DNA of 64,000 nt, taken from Rhodoferax sp. (GTDB lineage Bacteria > Pseudomonadota > Gammaproteobacteria > Burkholderiales > Burkholderiaceae_C). Every line of letters starts with the position of its first letter. Position 1 is the first letter of the stretch. A model generated the notes under the pieces. It had not been told where the DNA came from and made no database searches. It saw nothing but the letters and a program-made list of their open reading frames with translations. This document shows, one piece after another, positions 51,583-60,946 of this stretch. The DNA lies in the NCBI GenBank assembly GCA_018063505.1, contig JAGPBF010000001.1:7724-71723 (forward strand), in the 5' to 3' direction. The position numbers were made by a program, and so were the translations under genes.

Positions 51583-52683
51583 ATGCCCAAATCCCGATTC
51601 GCGACCGAGCCCGACTTCAGCCATGGCCAGCGTGCCCGCACCGCCGTGCTGTATTGCAACCTCGGCACACCCGACGAAGCGACGACCCCCGCGGTACGCC
51701 GTTACCTGACTGAATTCCTCAGTGACCACCGGGTGGTGGAAATCCCGCGCCTGCTGTGGTGGCTGATCCTGCATGGGATCATCCTGCGTTTTCGGCCGGC
51801 CAAGTCGGCGGCCAAATATGCCAGCATCTGGTCACCCGAGGGTTCGCCGCTGCGGGTCTGGACCGAAAAGCAGGCCTTGCTGCTGCAGGGATGGCTGGGC
51901 CAGCGCGGGCATCCGGTATTGGTGCGGTATGCGATGCGTTATGGCCAGCCATCGATTGCCACGCAACTCGATGCGCTCAAGGCCGACGGCGCGACCCGGG
52001 TGCTGATTTTGACGGCCTATCCGCAGTATTCAGCCACGACCACTGCCAGCGTGTTCGACGCGGTCTATGCTTGGGCAGCCCGCACCCGCCATATCCCCGA
52101 GTTGCGCTTTGTCAATCACTACCATGACGATCCGGCCTACATAGAGGCGCTGGTCAAACACATCCACGCATCCTGGTTGGCCAATGGCCGTGGTGACAAG
52201 CTGGTCATGAGTTTTCACGGACTGCCCGAGCGCAACCTGACACTGGGCGACCCCTACCACTGTGAATGCCACAAGACCGCGCGGCTGCTGGCGACGCGGC
52301 TGGGCCTGGCCAAGGACGACTACATGGTCACTTTCCAGTCGCGGCTCGGACGTGCCAAATGGCTGCAGCCCTACACCGAACCGAGCCTGGTCAAGCTGGC
52401 CCGCGCAGGCCTGCAAAGGGTCGACGTGGTCTGCCCCGGCTTCACCAGCGATTGCCTGGAGACACTGGAGGAAATTGGCATCGAGGCCCGGGACGCGTTC
52501 CTGCGCGCCGGTGGCAAGGAGTTTCATTTCATCGGTTGCCTGAACGACCGGCCGCAATGGATTGGCGCACTGAGCGACTTGGCCCTACGCCACATGCAGG
52601 GCTGGCCGACGTCGGGCACCGAAGACCCGCAGGCGAGCGACGCCTCGCGCCGGCGCGCACTGGACATGGGCGCAAAGCGATAG
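51583..52683 (+). CDS. hemH: Ferrochelatase
   Basis: NLGTP, YPQYS, MSFHGLP, FQSRLG and DCLETLEEI. Confidence 0.96.
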   Translation: MPKSRFATEPDFSHGQRARTAVLYCNLGTPDEATTPAVRRYLTEFLSDHRVVEIPRLLWWLILHGIILRFRPAKSAAKYASIWSPEGSPLRVWTEKQALLLQGWLGQRGHPVLVRYAMRYGQPSIATQLDALKADGATRVLILTAYPQYSATTTASVFDAVYAWAARTRHIPELRFVNHYHDDPAYIEALVKHIHASWLANGRGDKLVMSFHGLPERNLTLGDPYHCECHKTARLLATRLGLAKDDYMVTFQSRLGRAKWLQPYTEPSLVKLARAGLQRVDVVCPGFTSDCLETLEEIGIEARDAFLRAGGKEFHFIGCLNDRPQWIGALSDLALRHMQGWPTSGTEDPQASDASRRRALDMGAKR

Positions 52684-52696
52684 GGGCCAGCGCACC

Positions 52697-53512
52697 TCAC
52701 GCTGGTGGCAGCTCCGTGGCCTGCAGCCAGGCCAGTACACATTCGTTGAATGCATCGGGCTGCTGAACCATGACCCAGTGTCCGGTGCGAAAGGCACGCG
52801 CGGCGCAATCGGTCCGCTGTGCCAACGCTGCCAGCCACTGCGACGAATGGAACATGAACGGCTTGCGTTCGCCATAGATGTACAGCATTGGCTGGTTTGA
52901 CGGCACCGGCGCGGCATGGCCCAAACCACCGGCACTGCCGAACCAGCGCATCGCGTAGGGGTAATTCATCTGCCAGCCGATCAGGCCCGGATCGGTGCGG
53001 CAGTGCAGCCAGCGCGCCATCTTGCGCGTCATCCAGTTGCCGGCGCTGCCACCGAGTTTCCAAGCCAGCGCCAGCCAGAACTGGTAACCGAACACCCGGG
53101 CACGTTGGCCCGGCGTCAGCGCCTGCGCCAGCGCATCGGAGTTGTAATCGCCGATGTCGACAGCCACGATGCGGCTGACCCGGTCCGGAAAACGCGCCGC
53201 AAACTCGTAGCCAAATATGCAGCCCCAGTCGTGCAGAAGCAAGGTCACCGGCGCACCAGGGCTGACCTGGTCAACGATGGTCTGCAGCAACTCGCACATA
53301 TCGTCGAGCGAGGTGATCCGCGGCGCAGTAGCGGTGTCGAAACCCGGCAGCGTGAAACGCACGCAGCAGTAGCGGTCCTTGAGTGCCACCACGGTGGTGT
53401 CCCACAGCCGGTAGCTGTCGGGCCAGCCATGGACCATCACGACCGTGCGCGGATGGTCGCCCTCGAAATGAAGCTCCACTCCTTTGATCGCGATACGCGG
53501 ATTCGCCGACAT
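52697..53512 (-). CDS. Alpha/beta hydrolase, Asp nucleophile (epoxide hydrolase/dehalogenase-like)
   Basis: VHGWPD oxyanion motif, LLHDWG nucleophile elbow and C-terminal GHW. Confidence 0.85.
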   Translation of the reverse strand: MSANPRIAIKGVELHFEGDHPRTVVMVHGWPDSYRLWDTTVVALKDRYCCVRFTLPGFDTATAPRITSLDDMCELLQTIVDQVSPGAPVTLLLHDWGCIFGYEFAARFPDRVSRIVAVDIGDYNSDALAQALTPGQRARVFGYQFWLALAWKLGGSAGNWMTRKMARWLHCRTDPGLIGWQMNYPYAMRWFGSAGGLGHAAPVPSNQPMLYIYGERKPFMFHSSQWLAALAQRTDCAARAFRTGHWVMVQQPDAFNECVLAWLQATELPPA

Positions 53513-53778
53513 GTCTGTTGCCACCTTCTGAGCCAGTTGAAGTCCGATACGATAACCGCGCCAAAGGCATCCTGGGCGCAGGTGGCGCAAACACATGAAC
53601 CTGGCACTGTGGCTGCAGGCTGCGGCCGGCATTCACGCAACTGCACCTGCGCTGGCCCACGCGGCCGGATCCGGCGCTACCGTATGATTGCCCTCACCCA
53701 CGCATGTACCCGTGCAGGCCTGGCGCCGTCCGAAACCTTGCTTTCGCAGGCCCCAACCCGATTTTTTGAGGAAACCCC

Positions 53779-54753
53779 ATGACCAACACCCAACCCTGGA
53801 AACTTCTGCTGTTGTCTGCTGCCATCGTGACCGGCGCACCGGCGCTGGCGCAGGCCGACTACCCGAGCAAACCTGTGCGCATCGTCGTGCCATTTGCCGC
53901 AGGCGGCACCACCGACATCACGGCGCGCGTGATCGCCGATGAACTGACCAAGGCCTTGAAACAAAGTGTCGTCGTCGACAACAAGGGCGGTGCGGGCGGC
54001 AATATCGGCGCCGGCGAGGTGGCGCGTTCGGCACCCGACGGCTACACCTTCCTGATGGGAACCCCTGGCACCCAGGCCATCAACCAGTTCCTGTACCCGA
54101 AGATGCCGTACGACACCGGCAAGGACTTCGCGCCGGTGTCGTTCGTCGTGCGCGTACCCAACGTGCTGGTCGTCAATCCTTCCGTGGGCGCAAAAAACCT
54201 CGCCGAACTGATCTCGGTGGCCAAGGCAAAACCAGGCGCCTTGTCCTACGGTTCACCCGGCAATGGAACAACCGGTCATTTGTCGACGGAACTGTTCAAG
54301 AGCGGCGCAAAGATATTCGTGACCCATATTCCTTACCGGGGCAGCGGCCCGATGCTGGTCGACCTGATGGGTGGCCAGGTGCAGATGGCAATCGACAACC
54401 TGCCCTCGGCCATGCCGCACATCAAGGCCGGCAAGTTGATCGCACTGGGCGTGACTGGCGAGAAGCGCAGCGCCCAGTTGCCCGACGTGCCCACGATTGC
54501 ATCGATTTTGCCCGGCTACGCGGCCGAATCCTGGTTCGTGCTGATGGCTCCGGCCGGCACGCCACCGGCCATCGTCAACAAGGTGTCGGCAGAAGTCGAC
54601 AAGATCCTGAAGAAGCCTGAAGTGATCGAGCGCTTCAAGGGCCTGGGTGCCGAGCCGGTTGGCGGAACACCCGAGCAGTTGGGCCAGTTCATTACCGCCG
54701 AAACCCGCAAATGGTCCCAGGTTGTCAAGGCATCCGGCGCCAAGATCGATTGA
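53779..54753 (+). CDS. Bug/TctC tripartite tricarboxylate receptor
   Basis: YPSKPVRIVVPFAAGG, DNKGGAGG and HIPYRG. Confidence 0.93.
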   Translation: MTNTQPWKLLLLSAAIVTGAPALAQADYPSKPVRIVVPFAAGGTTDITARVIADELTKALKQSVVVDNKGGAGGNIGAGEVARSAPDGYTFLMGTPGTQAINQFLYPKMPYDTGKDFAPVSFVVRVPNVLVVNPSVGAKNLAELISVAKAKPGALSYGSPGNGTTGHLSTELFKSGAKIFVTHIPYRGSGPMLVDLMGGQVQMAIDNLPSAMPHIKAGKLIALGVTGEKRSAQLPDVPTIASILPGYAAESWFVLMAPAGTPPAIVNKVSAEVDKILKKPEVIERFKGLGAEPVGGTPEQLGQFITAETRKWSQVVKASGAKID

Positions 54754-54788
54754 GCGTACGTAGTCGACGGGTTCTCCGCCAAGGATAG

Positions 54789-54953
54789 ATTTCTTGGCAC
54801 CATTACGAGGGCCTCAAGAACATCTACCACAAGGAACTGGTCAAACGCTCGGCCCTGGCGCGTATCGTTGCCGCATGGCTGATCACGGTGCCGGTGTCGG
54901 CCGTGATGGTTGCGATGATCTACTACATGATCCTTGGCATGATGTTGCCGTGA
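54789..54953 (+). pseudogene. 3' remnant of a PiT-family inorganic phosphate transporter
   Basis: Manual translation ...GLKNIYHKELVKRSALARIVAAWLITVPVSAVMVAMIYYMILGMMLP* resembles the PiT C-terminus (AAWxITxP). There is an in-frame TAG at 54786-88 and no start before the motif. Confidence 0.75.
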
Positions 54954-55018
54954 GCCCCGCGCCGGGACGCTCCCAAGCAGGGTCGCACCGCAGTCCGAAG
55001 GGAAACGACAGCCGGATG
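54950..55018 (+). repeat. Junction repeat element, copy D
   Basis: 46/52 identical to copy A. Starts on the GTGA of the PiT stop; the next ATG is exactly 66 nt later, as in copy A. Confidence 0.85.
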
Positions 55019-55067
55019 AACGGTGCGCGCAGCCGGCATCACAGGCGGCTGCAACAGACCCTGGGAA

Positions 55068-55544
55068 TCAGTGGTGGTGCCCGTGCTCGCCGTGCACATG
55101 GCCGTGTTCGATCTCGACCGCGGTTGCGGCACGCACATCGTCGACCCGCACGGTAAACCGCAGCGTCTTTCCGGCCATCGGGTGGTTGCCGTCCAGAATC
55201 ACCTTGTCGCCCTTGATCTTGCGTACGGTGAAAACCCGCTCGTGGCCGGTGCCGTCCTGGCCCTTGAGTGTTCCGCCGACCTTGACGCCGGGCGGAAACT
55301 CACTCTTGGCAATGGTCTGCATCAGGCTCTCGTCACGTTCACCAAACGCATCCTGCGGTTGCAACTCGACCGTGGTCTGGTAGCCCTTGACCTGGCCTTC
55401 AAGCGCCGCTTCGATCTTGGCGAAGGTGTTGCCGTAGCCACCGTGCAGATAGACCATCGGGTCAACGCCGTTTTCGAGCAGTTGGCGATTCGCATCGGTG
55501 ACCTTGTAACGCAGGGTCACGGCCGTGTCTTTTTCAATTTTCAT
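55068..55544 (-). CDS. slyD: FKBP-type PPIase SlyD
   Basis: YLHGG, AFGERD, DGNHPMAGKTLRF and a His-rich tail. Confidence 0.92.
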   Translation of the reverse strand: MKIEKDTAVTLRYKVTDANRQLLENGVDPMVYLHGGYGNTFAKIEAALEGQVKGYQTTVELQPQDAFGERDESLMQTIAKSEFPPGVKVGGTLKGQDGTGHERVFTVRKIKGDKVILDGNHPMAGKTLRFTVRVDDVRAATAVEIEHGHVHGEHGHHH

Positions 55545-55631
55545 GGGCCCGTTTGTACCACTGATCAAGATATTCCCGTCTCCCAGCGTCATTGCATCTG
55601 CAGCCCGACCGCCCCGGGAAGACCGTGACAC

Positions 55632-56312
55632 TCAGGTCGTCTGCTTGCGCCTGATCTCGATCTGGCGCCGCAACTCCTCGATCATCAGGCTGGCGTTGAC
55701 CATGTTCGGATTCACCCGATAGGCGCGCTGCAGGTATTGCAGCGCGCGCTCGGGCTGACCGCGTTCGGCCAGCATCTGCGCATAACCCGACAAGGCGCCG
55801 AAATGCAGCGGAATTCGCGTGAGGACTTCCTCGCAATCCTTCATCGACAGTTCGTACTGGCCCTGCATGAAGTACAGGGTTGCGCGCTTGTTCCAGGCTT
55901 CGGCAAACGCCGGTCGGCTGGTGATGATGGCCGTGAACTGCTGCACCGCTTTGGGAAGTTCACCCGCCTGCATCGAGGCCATCGCCTGCTGGTACTGCGC
56001 GTCGATGGCTGCGTCGCCGGAGCGGCTCCACAGCTCCCATACCAGTGGCAGTGCCAGCTGTCGCAGGCGGGGATCCGCATCGCGCAGCAACACCAGCACC
56101 GCGTTGGCGTCAGCCGCCGTACCGATGTCGGCCAGCCGCAACATGCCCGTCAGGCGTTGGCTGGGTTCGACATCGACCAAGGCTTGTATGGCCTGATCGT
56201 GGTCGAGCAGGTTTTGCGCGCCTGCCGGCAGCGCCATGCCGCAGCCCAGCGCAAGAAAGACCAGGCAGATGCCCAAACCCCGACCCAGCGTCATCCAGAC
56301 AAAACCTGCCAT
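55632..56312 (-). CDS. TPR-repeat protein (HEAT-like repeat plus TPRs)
   Basis: Signal/TM segment, FAEAWNKRATLYF and HFGALSG. Start uncertain. Confidence 0.75.
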   Translation of the reverse strand: MAGFVWMTLGRGLGICLVFLALGCGMALPAGAQNLLDHDQAIQALVDVEPSQRLTGMLRLADIGTAADANAVLVLLRDADPRLRQLALPLVWELWSRSGDAAIDAQYQQAMASMQAGELPKAVQQFTAIITSRPAFAEAWNKRATLYFMQGQYELSMKDCEEVLTRIPLHFGALSGYAQMLAERGQPERALQYLQRAYRVNPNMVNASLMIEELRRQIEIRRKQTT

Positions 56313-56481
56313 GCCGGACCCCCGATGCTTGTTCACCGGCCAGCTTACTGCAAAACGTATCCAGGCGGCAATGTTCACTGGCCCTTTTCCGACCTGCGCC
56401 GATACGATCGGTAACGACGCGCATACAAGGTGTTTACCGAGCCCATAGACAATCGCCTGATCCACCCTGGAGCAAGCGACC

Positions 56482-57018
56482 ATGACAATGAGAATCTCCC
56501 GCACGATGCTGCGCTGGGCGTGCGTCTGCGCGGCCCTGGGCATGGGCACCCATGCGATAGCGCAACATGCAACCAAGTGCACGTCGGTGTCCGGCAAAGT
56601 CCAGTACACAGACGCGCCATGCGCGAAGTCCGAGAGCGCCAGCAAGGTGTCGATTCGGCCAAACGCACTGGGCACGGTCGACCCGCGGCCCAACCTGCTG
56701 CGTCACGACGCCGCACCTGTCGAGGGTCAGCGCAGGATCGCGCACCAGGACGCAGTATTGCCGCCATCGGTGGCACAAGCCACTGTGGCCGACGAACCGT
56801 CGCTGGCGCGTGTCGACAGCCTCGCCTGCCAGCGTGCCAAGCGCGACTACGAAGTGACGGCAAGTTCCAGTGCCAACACCCGCGCCATCATCGACGCGAA
56901 ACGATCGATGATGTATGGCGCCTGCGGGCAGCGTGAACCGGATGTCAACCAGACCATCGTCATCCAGCGCCGCCCGATCGCGCCTTTGCGCGGTGGCGCT
57001 TACGCGGTTTTTCCATAA
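56482..57018 (+). CDS. DUF4124-like secreted protein
   Basis: Signal peptide, KCTSVSGKVQYTDAPC and paired Cys. Confidence 0.7.
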   Translation: MTMRISRTMLRWACVCAALGMGTHAIAQHATKCTSVSGKVQYTDAPCAKSESASKVSIRPNALGTVDPRPNLLRHDAAPVEGQRRIAHQDAVLPPSVAQATVADEPSLARVDSLACQRAKRDYEVTASSSANTRAIIDAKRSMMYGACGQREPDVNQTIVIQRRPIAPLRGGAYAVFP

Positions 57019-57164
57019 AGCTCTCGCCAAGCTCGGTGCAAAGGCCAGGACCGGTCAGCAGACACGCCACGTTCGTGTGAGCCCGGGCTTCAAAGCGGTG
57101 ACGACAAGGTGCGCATCACTTGACCGGTCCTTGCGCGGGCTGCAAGCACGGCCGAGCGACTGAT

Positions 57165-58076
57165 TCAGGGCGTAGCCTTGTGCGGGGATGATCTGTCAAA
57201 CAGGAAATCCGTGACCAGGTCCAGCTGATCGGGCACGTTCAGCGCCGGGGCATGACCGCAACCGGCAATGGTTTCGATCCGTGCCCGCGGCCCGCGCCGC
57301 GCCATCTCGCACGCCGTCTCGGGCAGCAGCAGGTCGGAGCTTTCACCGCGCAGGCACAAGACCGGAATCTGCAGGCTGTCGTATTCGCTCCAGCGCAGGT
57401 AGTCATCGGGGTGGCAACTGAATTGCTGCACCATGGCCGGATCGTAATGCGGCGTCACGCGGCCATCGGGCAGGCGCCGGGTCGACGATTCGGCGAGCCG
57501 GCGCCACTGCACGTCGGTCAGCAGCCCATACGGCTTGTAAACGGCCCGGAAATACCGCTCGAGTTCTGACACGGTGGCAAACGCCGAAGGATTGCCCGCA
57601 TACGAACGGATGCGGGTAATCGCCGCCGCGGCCAATTCCGGCCCGTTGTCGTTGAGCACCAGCCGGGTCAGCCGTCCGCGCAGCGGGCCGGCGGCTGCCA
57701 CCAGGCCGATCGATCCGCCCATCGACGTGCCGACCCAGTCAAACTGCGCCAATCCCAGTTGATCGACCAGCGCGGTTGCCAGCTCGCAATAAAAAGCCAT
57801 GCAATATTCACGTTCGGGGTCGGGGCTCCACTGGCTCAGGCCACGGCCGATCGTATCCGGACAGATCACGCGGAATCCACGCTCGGGAGTGCTGAGCCAG
57901 GCGGCAAGTTCGTCCATGTCGCGCCCGGTGCGTGCCAGTCCGTGCCAGGCGATCACAGTGCGGCTGTTGCCGGCACCCCATTCGGTGTAATGGATCTCGC
58001 GGCCGACGCACTGCATGTAGTGCGAGGCAGGCACCGCAGCCTGCGGCTTCGTCGCTACGGCTGTCGCGCCGTTCAC
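57165..58076 (-). CDS. Alpha/beta serine hydrolase (3-hydroxybutyrate-oligomer hydrolase PhaZc-like, tentative)
   Basis: HGLARTGRD, DTIGRGLS, GTSMGG and GHAP. GTG start in GTGA overlap with the permease stop. Confidence 0.85.
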   Translation of the reverse strand: MNGATAVATKPQAAVPASHYMQCVGREIHYTEWGAGNSRTVIAWHGLARTGRDMDELAAWLSTPERGFRVICPDTIGRGLSQWSPDPEREYCMAFYCELATALVDQLGLAQFDWVGTSMGGSIGLVAAAGPLRGRLTRLVLNDNGPELAAAAITRIRSYAGNPSAFATVSELERYFRAVYKPYGLLTDVQWRRLAESSTRRLPDGRVTPHYDPAMVQQFSCHPDDYLRWSEYDSLQIPVLCLRGESSDLLLPETACEMARRGPRARIETIAGCGHAPALNVPDQLDLVTDFLFDRSSPHKATP

Positions 58077-59161
58077 GCGCCTCTCCTTGCGCCCAGCCGG
58101 GCCGCCGCGCGCAGGCGCAGCCGCCCCACCACACCGGTCGGGAAGTAATACACCGACAACACGAACAACAAGCCGAGCCAGAGCAGCCAGCGCTGCGGCG
58201 ACAGCAAGGATGACAACCACGGCAGGTTGCTGGTCGCCTCGCTGCCCAGCCGCAACAAATCCTGCAGGTAACTTTGCGCCACCATGAACAGCGCAGCGCC
58301 AATGGCCGCCCCGTACATGGTTCCCATGCCGCCGATCACCACGATCAGCAGCACATCCATCATGATCTCGAACGACAGCGACGTGTCCGGCCCGTTGTAA
58401 CGCAACCAGACCGCCAGCATCGCCCCGGCCACGCAGGCGAACAGGGCCGACAGGATGCTCGAAATCGTGCGGTAGACCACCACCCGGTAACCGATGGCCT
58501 CGGCGCGAAACTCGTTTTCGCGGATCGCCTGCAGCACCCGGCCAAACGGCGAGTTGACGATGCGCAGCAGCGTGAGCAGCACCAGCAGCGCAACGATGAA
58601 CAACACGTAGTACGACAGCAGGCGCCCGTCGATCGACACCCCCAGGAACGGCTGCTCCAGGAATTCGTGACTGGGCTGCAGGATCGTCGGCGCCTTGAAC
58701 GTGAGTCCGTCCTCGCCACCGGTCCATTCGGACAACTGCGACGCCAGCGTCAGGAAGGCCGAGGCCACGGCCAGCGTGATCATCGCAAAAAAGATCGCGC
58801 GTACCCGCAGTGAAAACAGGCCGATGACCAGCGCCAATACGAACGACAGGCACAGCGCCGCACCGAGTCCGACCAGCAAGGCGTCCCATCCCGGCCCCAT
58901 GCGCGTGCTGGCAATGGCGATGCCGTAGGCGCCGATGCCAAAGAACATGGTGTGCGCGAAGCTGACGATGCCGGTGTAACCCAGCAACAGGTCGAAACTG
59001 GAGACCAGCACCACGAATACCAGCACCTTGGCCGCGACGTTGAGCGCCTTGACACCTGGAAAGATGAACGGGGCAAAGGCCAGCGCCACCAGCAGCGCCA
59101 CCAGCAGGATGGCCAGCACACGGCTGCGCGGCAGATCGTTCGACAACAGGCGATCTAGCAT
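58073..59161 (-). CDS. Liv-type ABC permease (LivM-like)
   Basis: SFAHTMFFGIGAY, TGGEDG and SPFGRVLQAIRENE. Confidence 0.93.
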   Translation of the reverse strand: MLDRLLSNDLPRSRVLAILLVALLVALAFAPFIFPGVKALNVAAKVLVFVVLVSSFDLLLGYTGIVSFAHTMFFGIGAYGIAIASTRMGPGWDALLVGLGAALCLSFVLALVIGLFSLRVRAIFFAMITLAVASAFLTLASQLSEWTGGEDGLTFKAPTILQPSHEFLEQPFLGVSIDGRLLSYYVLFIVALLVLLTLLRIVNSPFGRVLQAIRENEFRAEAIGYRVVVYRTISSILSALFACVAGAMLAVWLRYNGPDTSLSFEIMMDVLLIVVIGGMGTMYGAAIGAALFMVAQSYLQDLLRLGSEATSNLPWLSSLLSPQRWLLWLGLLFVLSVYYFPTGVVGRLRLRAAARLGARRGA

Positions 59162-59244
59162 GCAGCCCTCCGTTGGATGCGGGCTTGTGCAGGCAAGGCG
59201 TGAATCCGGTTGCGCATGGTCAGCTTCTCCCTTGGGCGGGTCAT
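59159..59244 (-). repeat. Degenerate junction element between the two Liv permeases
   Basis: ATGA (on upstream stop)..CCCAAGGG..ATGCGCAAC..CGGAGGG-CTGC-ATG. Shares motifs with copy C. Confidence 0.45.
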
Positions 59245-60224
59245 CGGTTCGCCACCGGATAGACGCCCTGGGGACGCCACAACAAGATGCCAGCCATCAG
59301 CGCGATGTTGGAGAACAACGCGACCTTGGGGGCCAGGTAGCCGGTGTAGTTGGCCATCAGGCCCACCAGCAGCGCACCGATCAGCGCGCCGCCGGTCGAA
59401 CCCAGGCCGCCGATGATGATGACGATGAAGATCAGCACGTTGACATGTGCACCCATCTGCGCCGTGACGCTTTGCTGGTACAGGCCCCACATCACGCCGC
59501 CCAGGCCGGCCAGCGCACTGCCCATGACAAACACGCCGATGAACAGGCGCCGGATCCGGTAACCCAGCGCCTCGACCATTTCCCGGTCCTGCACACCGGC
59601 GCGGATCAACAGGCCGATCTTGGTGCGGCTCAAGGTCCAGGCCAGCGCAGCAAACACCAGCAGGCCGACAACCATGGCCAGCAGGCGGTATTTTTCGATC
59701 GCCGCGTCCCCGATCAGGATCGCACCACGCAGACCCTCGGGCAGCGGCAGTGCAATCTGCTGTGGGCCCCAGATCACCTTGATCAGTTCCTCGCCGATGA
59801 TCATGCCGCCCATCGTGATCAGGATCTGCTTGAGATGCTGGCCGTACACCGGTCGCACGATGAAGCGCTCGAACGCCAGCCCAACCGCGCCGGCCACCAT
59901 CATCGCCACCAGCATGGCCGGCACGACGGCGACCAGATTGCGCCACAGCTGCGCCGACTGCGTCCAGTCGGACATGGAGCCGAGCACCGCTGTGGCCACA
60001 AAAGCCCCCAGCGTGATGAACACGCCATGGCCGAAGTTCAGCACGTCCATCAGGCCGAACACCAGTGTCAGTCCGGATGCGATGACAAAGATGATCAGGC
60101 CCATCGCCACCCCCGCTGCCGTCAGCGTGAGCCAGGTCGACGCCGACCCGATCAGCGGAACAACCAGCAGCATCAGCAGCGGCACCAGGGCCAGCGGCTT
60201 CCAGTCGATATCGGTCTTGTTCAT
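59241..60224 (-). CDS. Liv-type ABC permease (LivH-like)
   Basis: GLTLVFGLMDVLNFGHG and IIIGGLGS. ATGA overlap with the ATPase. Confidence 0.93.
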   Translation of the reverse strand: MNKTDIDWKPLALVPLLMLLVVPLIGSASTWLTLTAAGVAMGLIIFVIASGLTLVFGLMDVLNFGHGVFITLGAFVATAVLGSMSDWTQSAQLWRNLVAVVPAMLVAMMVAGAVGLAFERFIVRPVYGQHLKQILITMGGMIIGEELIKVIWGPQQIALPLPEGLRGAILIGDAAIEKYRLLAMVVGLLVFAALAWTLSRTKIGLLIRAGVQDREMVEALGYRIRRLFIGVFVMGSALAGLGGVMWGLYQQSVTAQMGAHVNVLIFIVIIIGGLGSTGGALIGALLVGLMANYTGYLAPKVALFSNIALMAGILLWRPQGVYPVANR

Positions 60225-60946
60225 ATGGCCAGCCCCAGCAGGGATTTCTGCAGCGCGGCATCGTCGGACAAGGCCTGCATGCTGCCGGCATGTACCACCT
60301 TGCCGTTGTCCATCACCGCCACGGTATCGCCCAATTTCTGTGCAAAGCGGATGTTCTGCTCCACCAGCAAAATCGTCACGCCGGTGGACTTGAGCTCGGC
60401 GAAGGCACTGATCATGTTGTTGATGATGGCCGGTGCCAGGCCCTTGCTTGGTTCGTCGATGATCAGCAGTTCGCGCGGTTCGACGATCGCCCTTGCCACT
60501 GCCAGCATCTGCTTCTGGCCGCCGGACAACTTGCCGGCCGGATGGTTCCAGAACTTGTGTACCGCCGGAAACAGCCCGAAGATCCATTCCAGACGCTGGC
60601 CGTCCATCTGGCTTTCGCGGGCCGCACTGCGCGCGGCGAGCAACATGTTCTCGCGCACCGTCAAGTCGGAAAAAATACCCATGTTCTCGGGCACGTAGGC
60701 GATGTTGCGTTCGGCGATCTCGGGCGTGGACAACTGCGTGATGTCCTGCCCGGCAAACGTCAGCCGGCCCTGGGACGCACGCCACAGGCCAAGAATCGTG
60801 CGCAGCGTCGTCGTCTTGCCCGCGCCATTGCGACCGAGCAGCAGCGTCACCTCGCCCCGGGGCACGACCAGATCGACGCCATGCAGGATGTGGTAGGGCC
60901 CGATGTGCGTGTGCACACCCGACAAGGCCAATAGCGGTGTGCTCAT
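60221..60946 (-). CDS. Liv-type ABC ATPase (LivF-like)
   Basis: GRNGAGKT, LSGGQ and DEP. Confidence 0.95.
   Translation of the reverse strand: MSTPLLALSGVHTHIGPYHILHGVDLVVPRGEVTLLLGRNGAGKTTTLRTILGLWRASQGRLTFAGQDITQLSTPEIAERNIAYVPENMGIFSDLTVRENMLLAARSAARESQMDGQRLEWIFGLFPAVHKFWNHPAGKLSGGQKQMLAVARAIVEPRELLIIDEPSKGLAPAIINNMISAFAELKSTGVTILLVEQNIRFAQKLGDTVAVMDNGKVVHAGSMQALSDDAALQKSLLGLAI

Noticed and set aside
49753-54753. Two orphan Bug/TctC receptors without tctAB
   Set aside because: Orphan Bug expansion is a well-known, ordinary feature of Burkholderiales.
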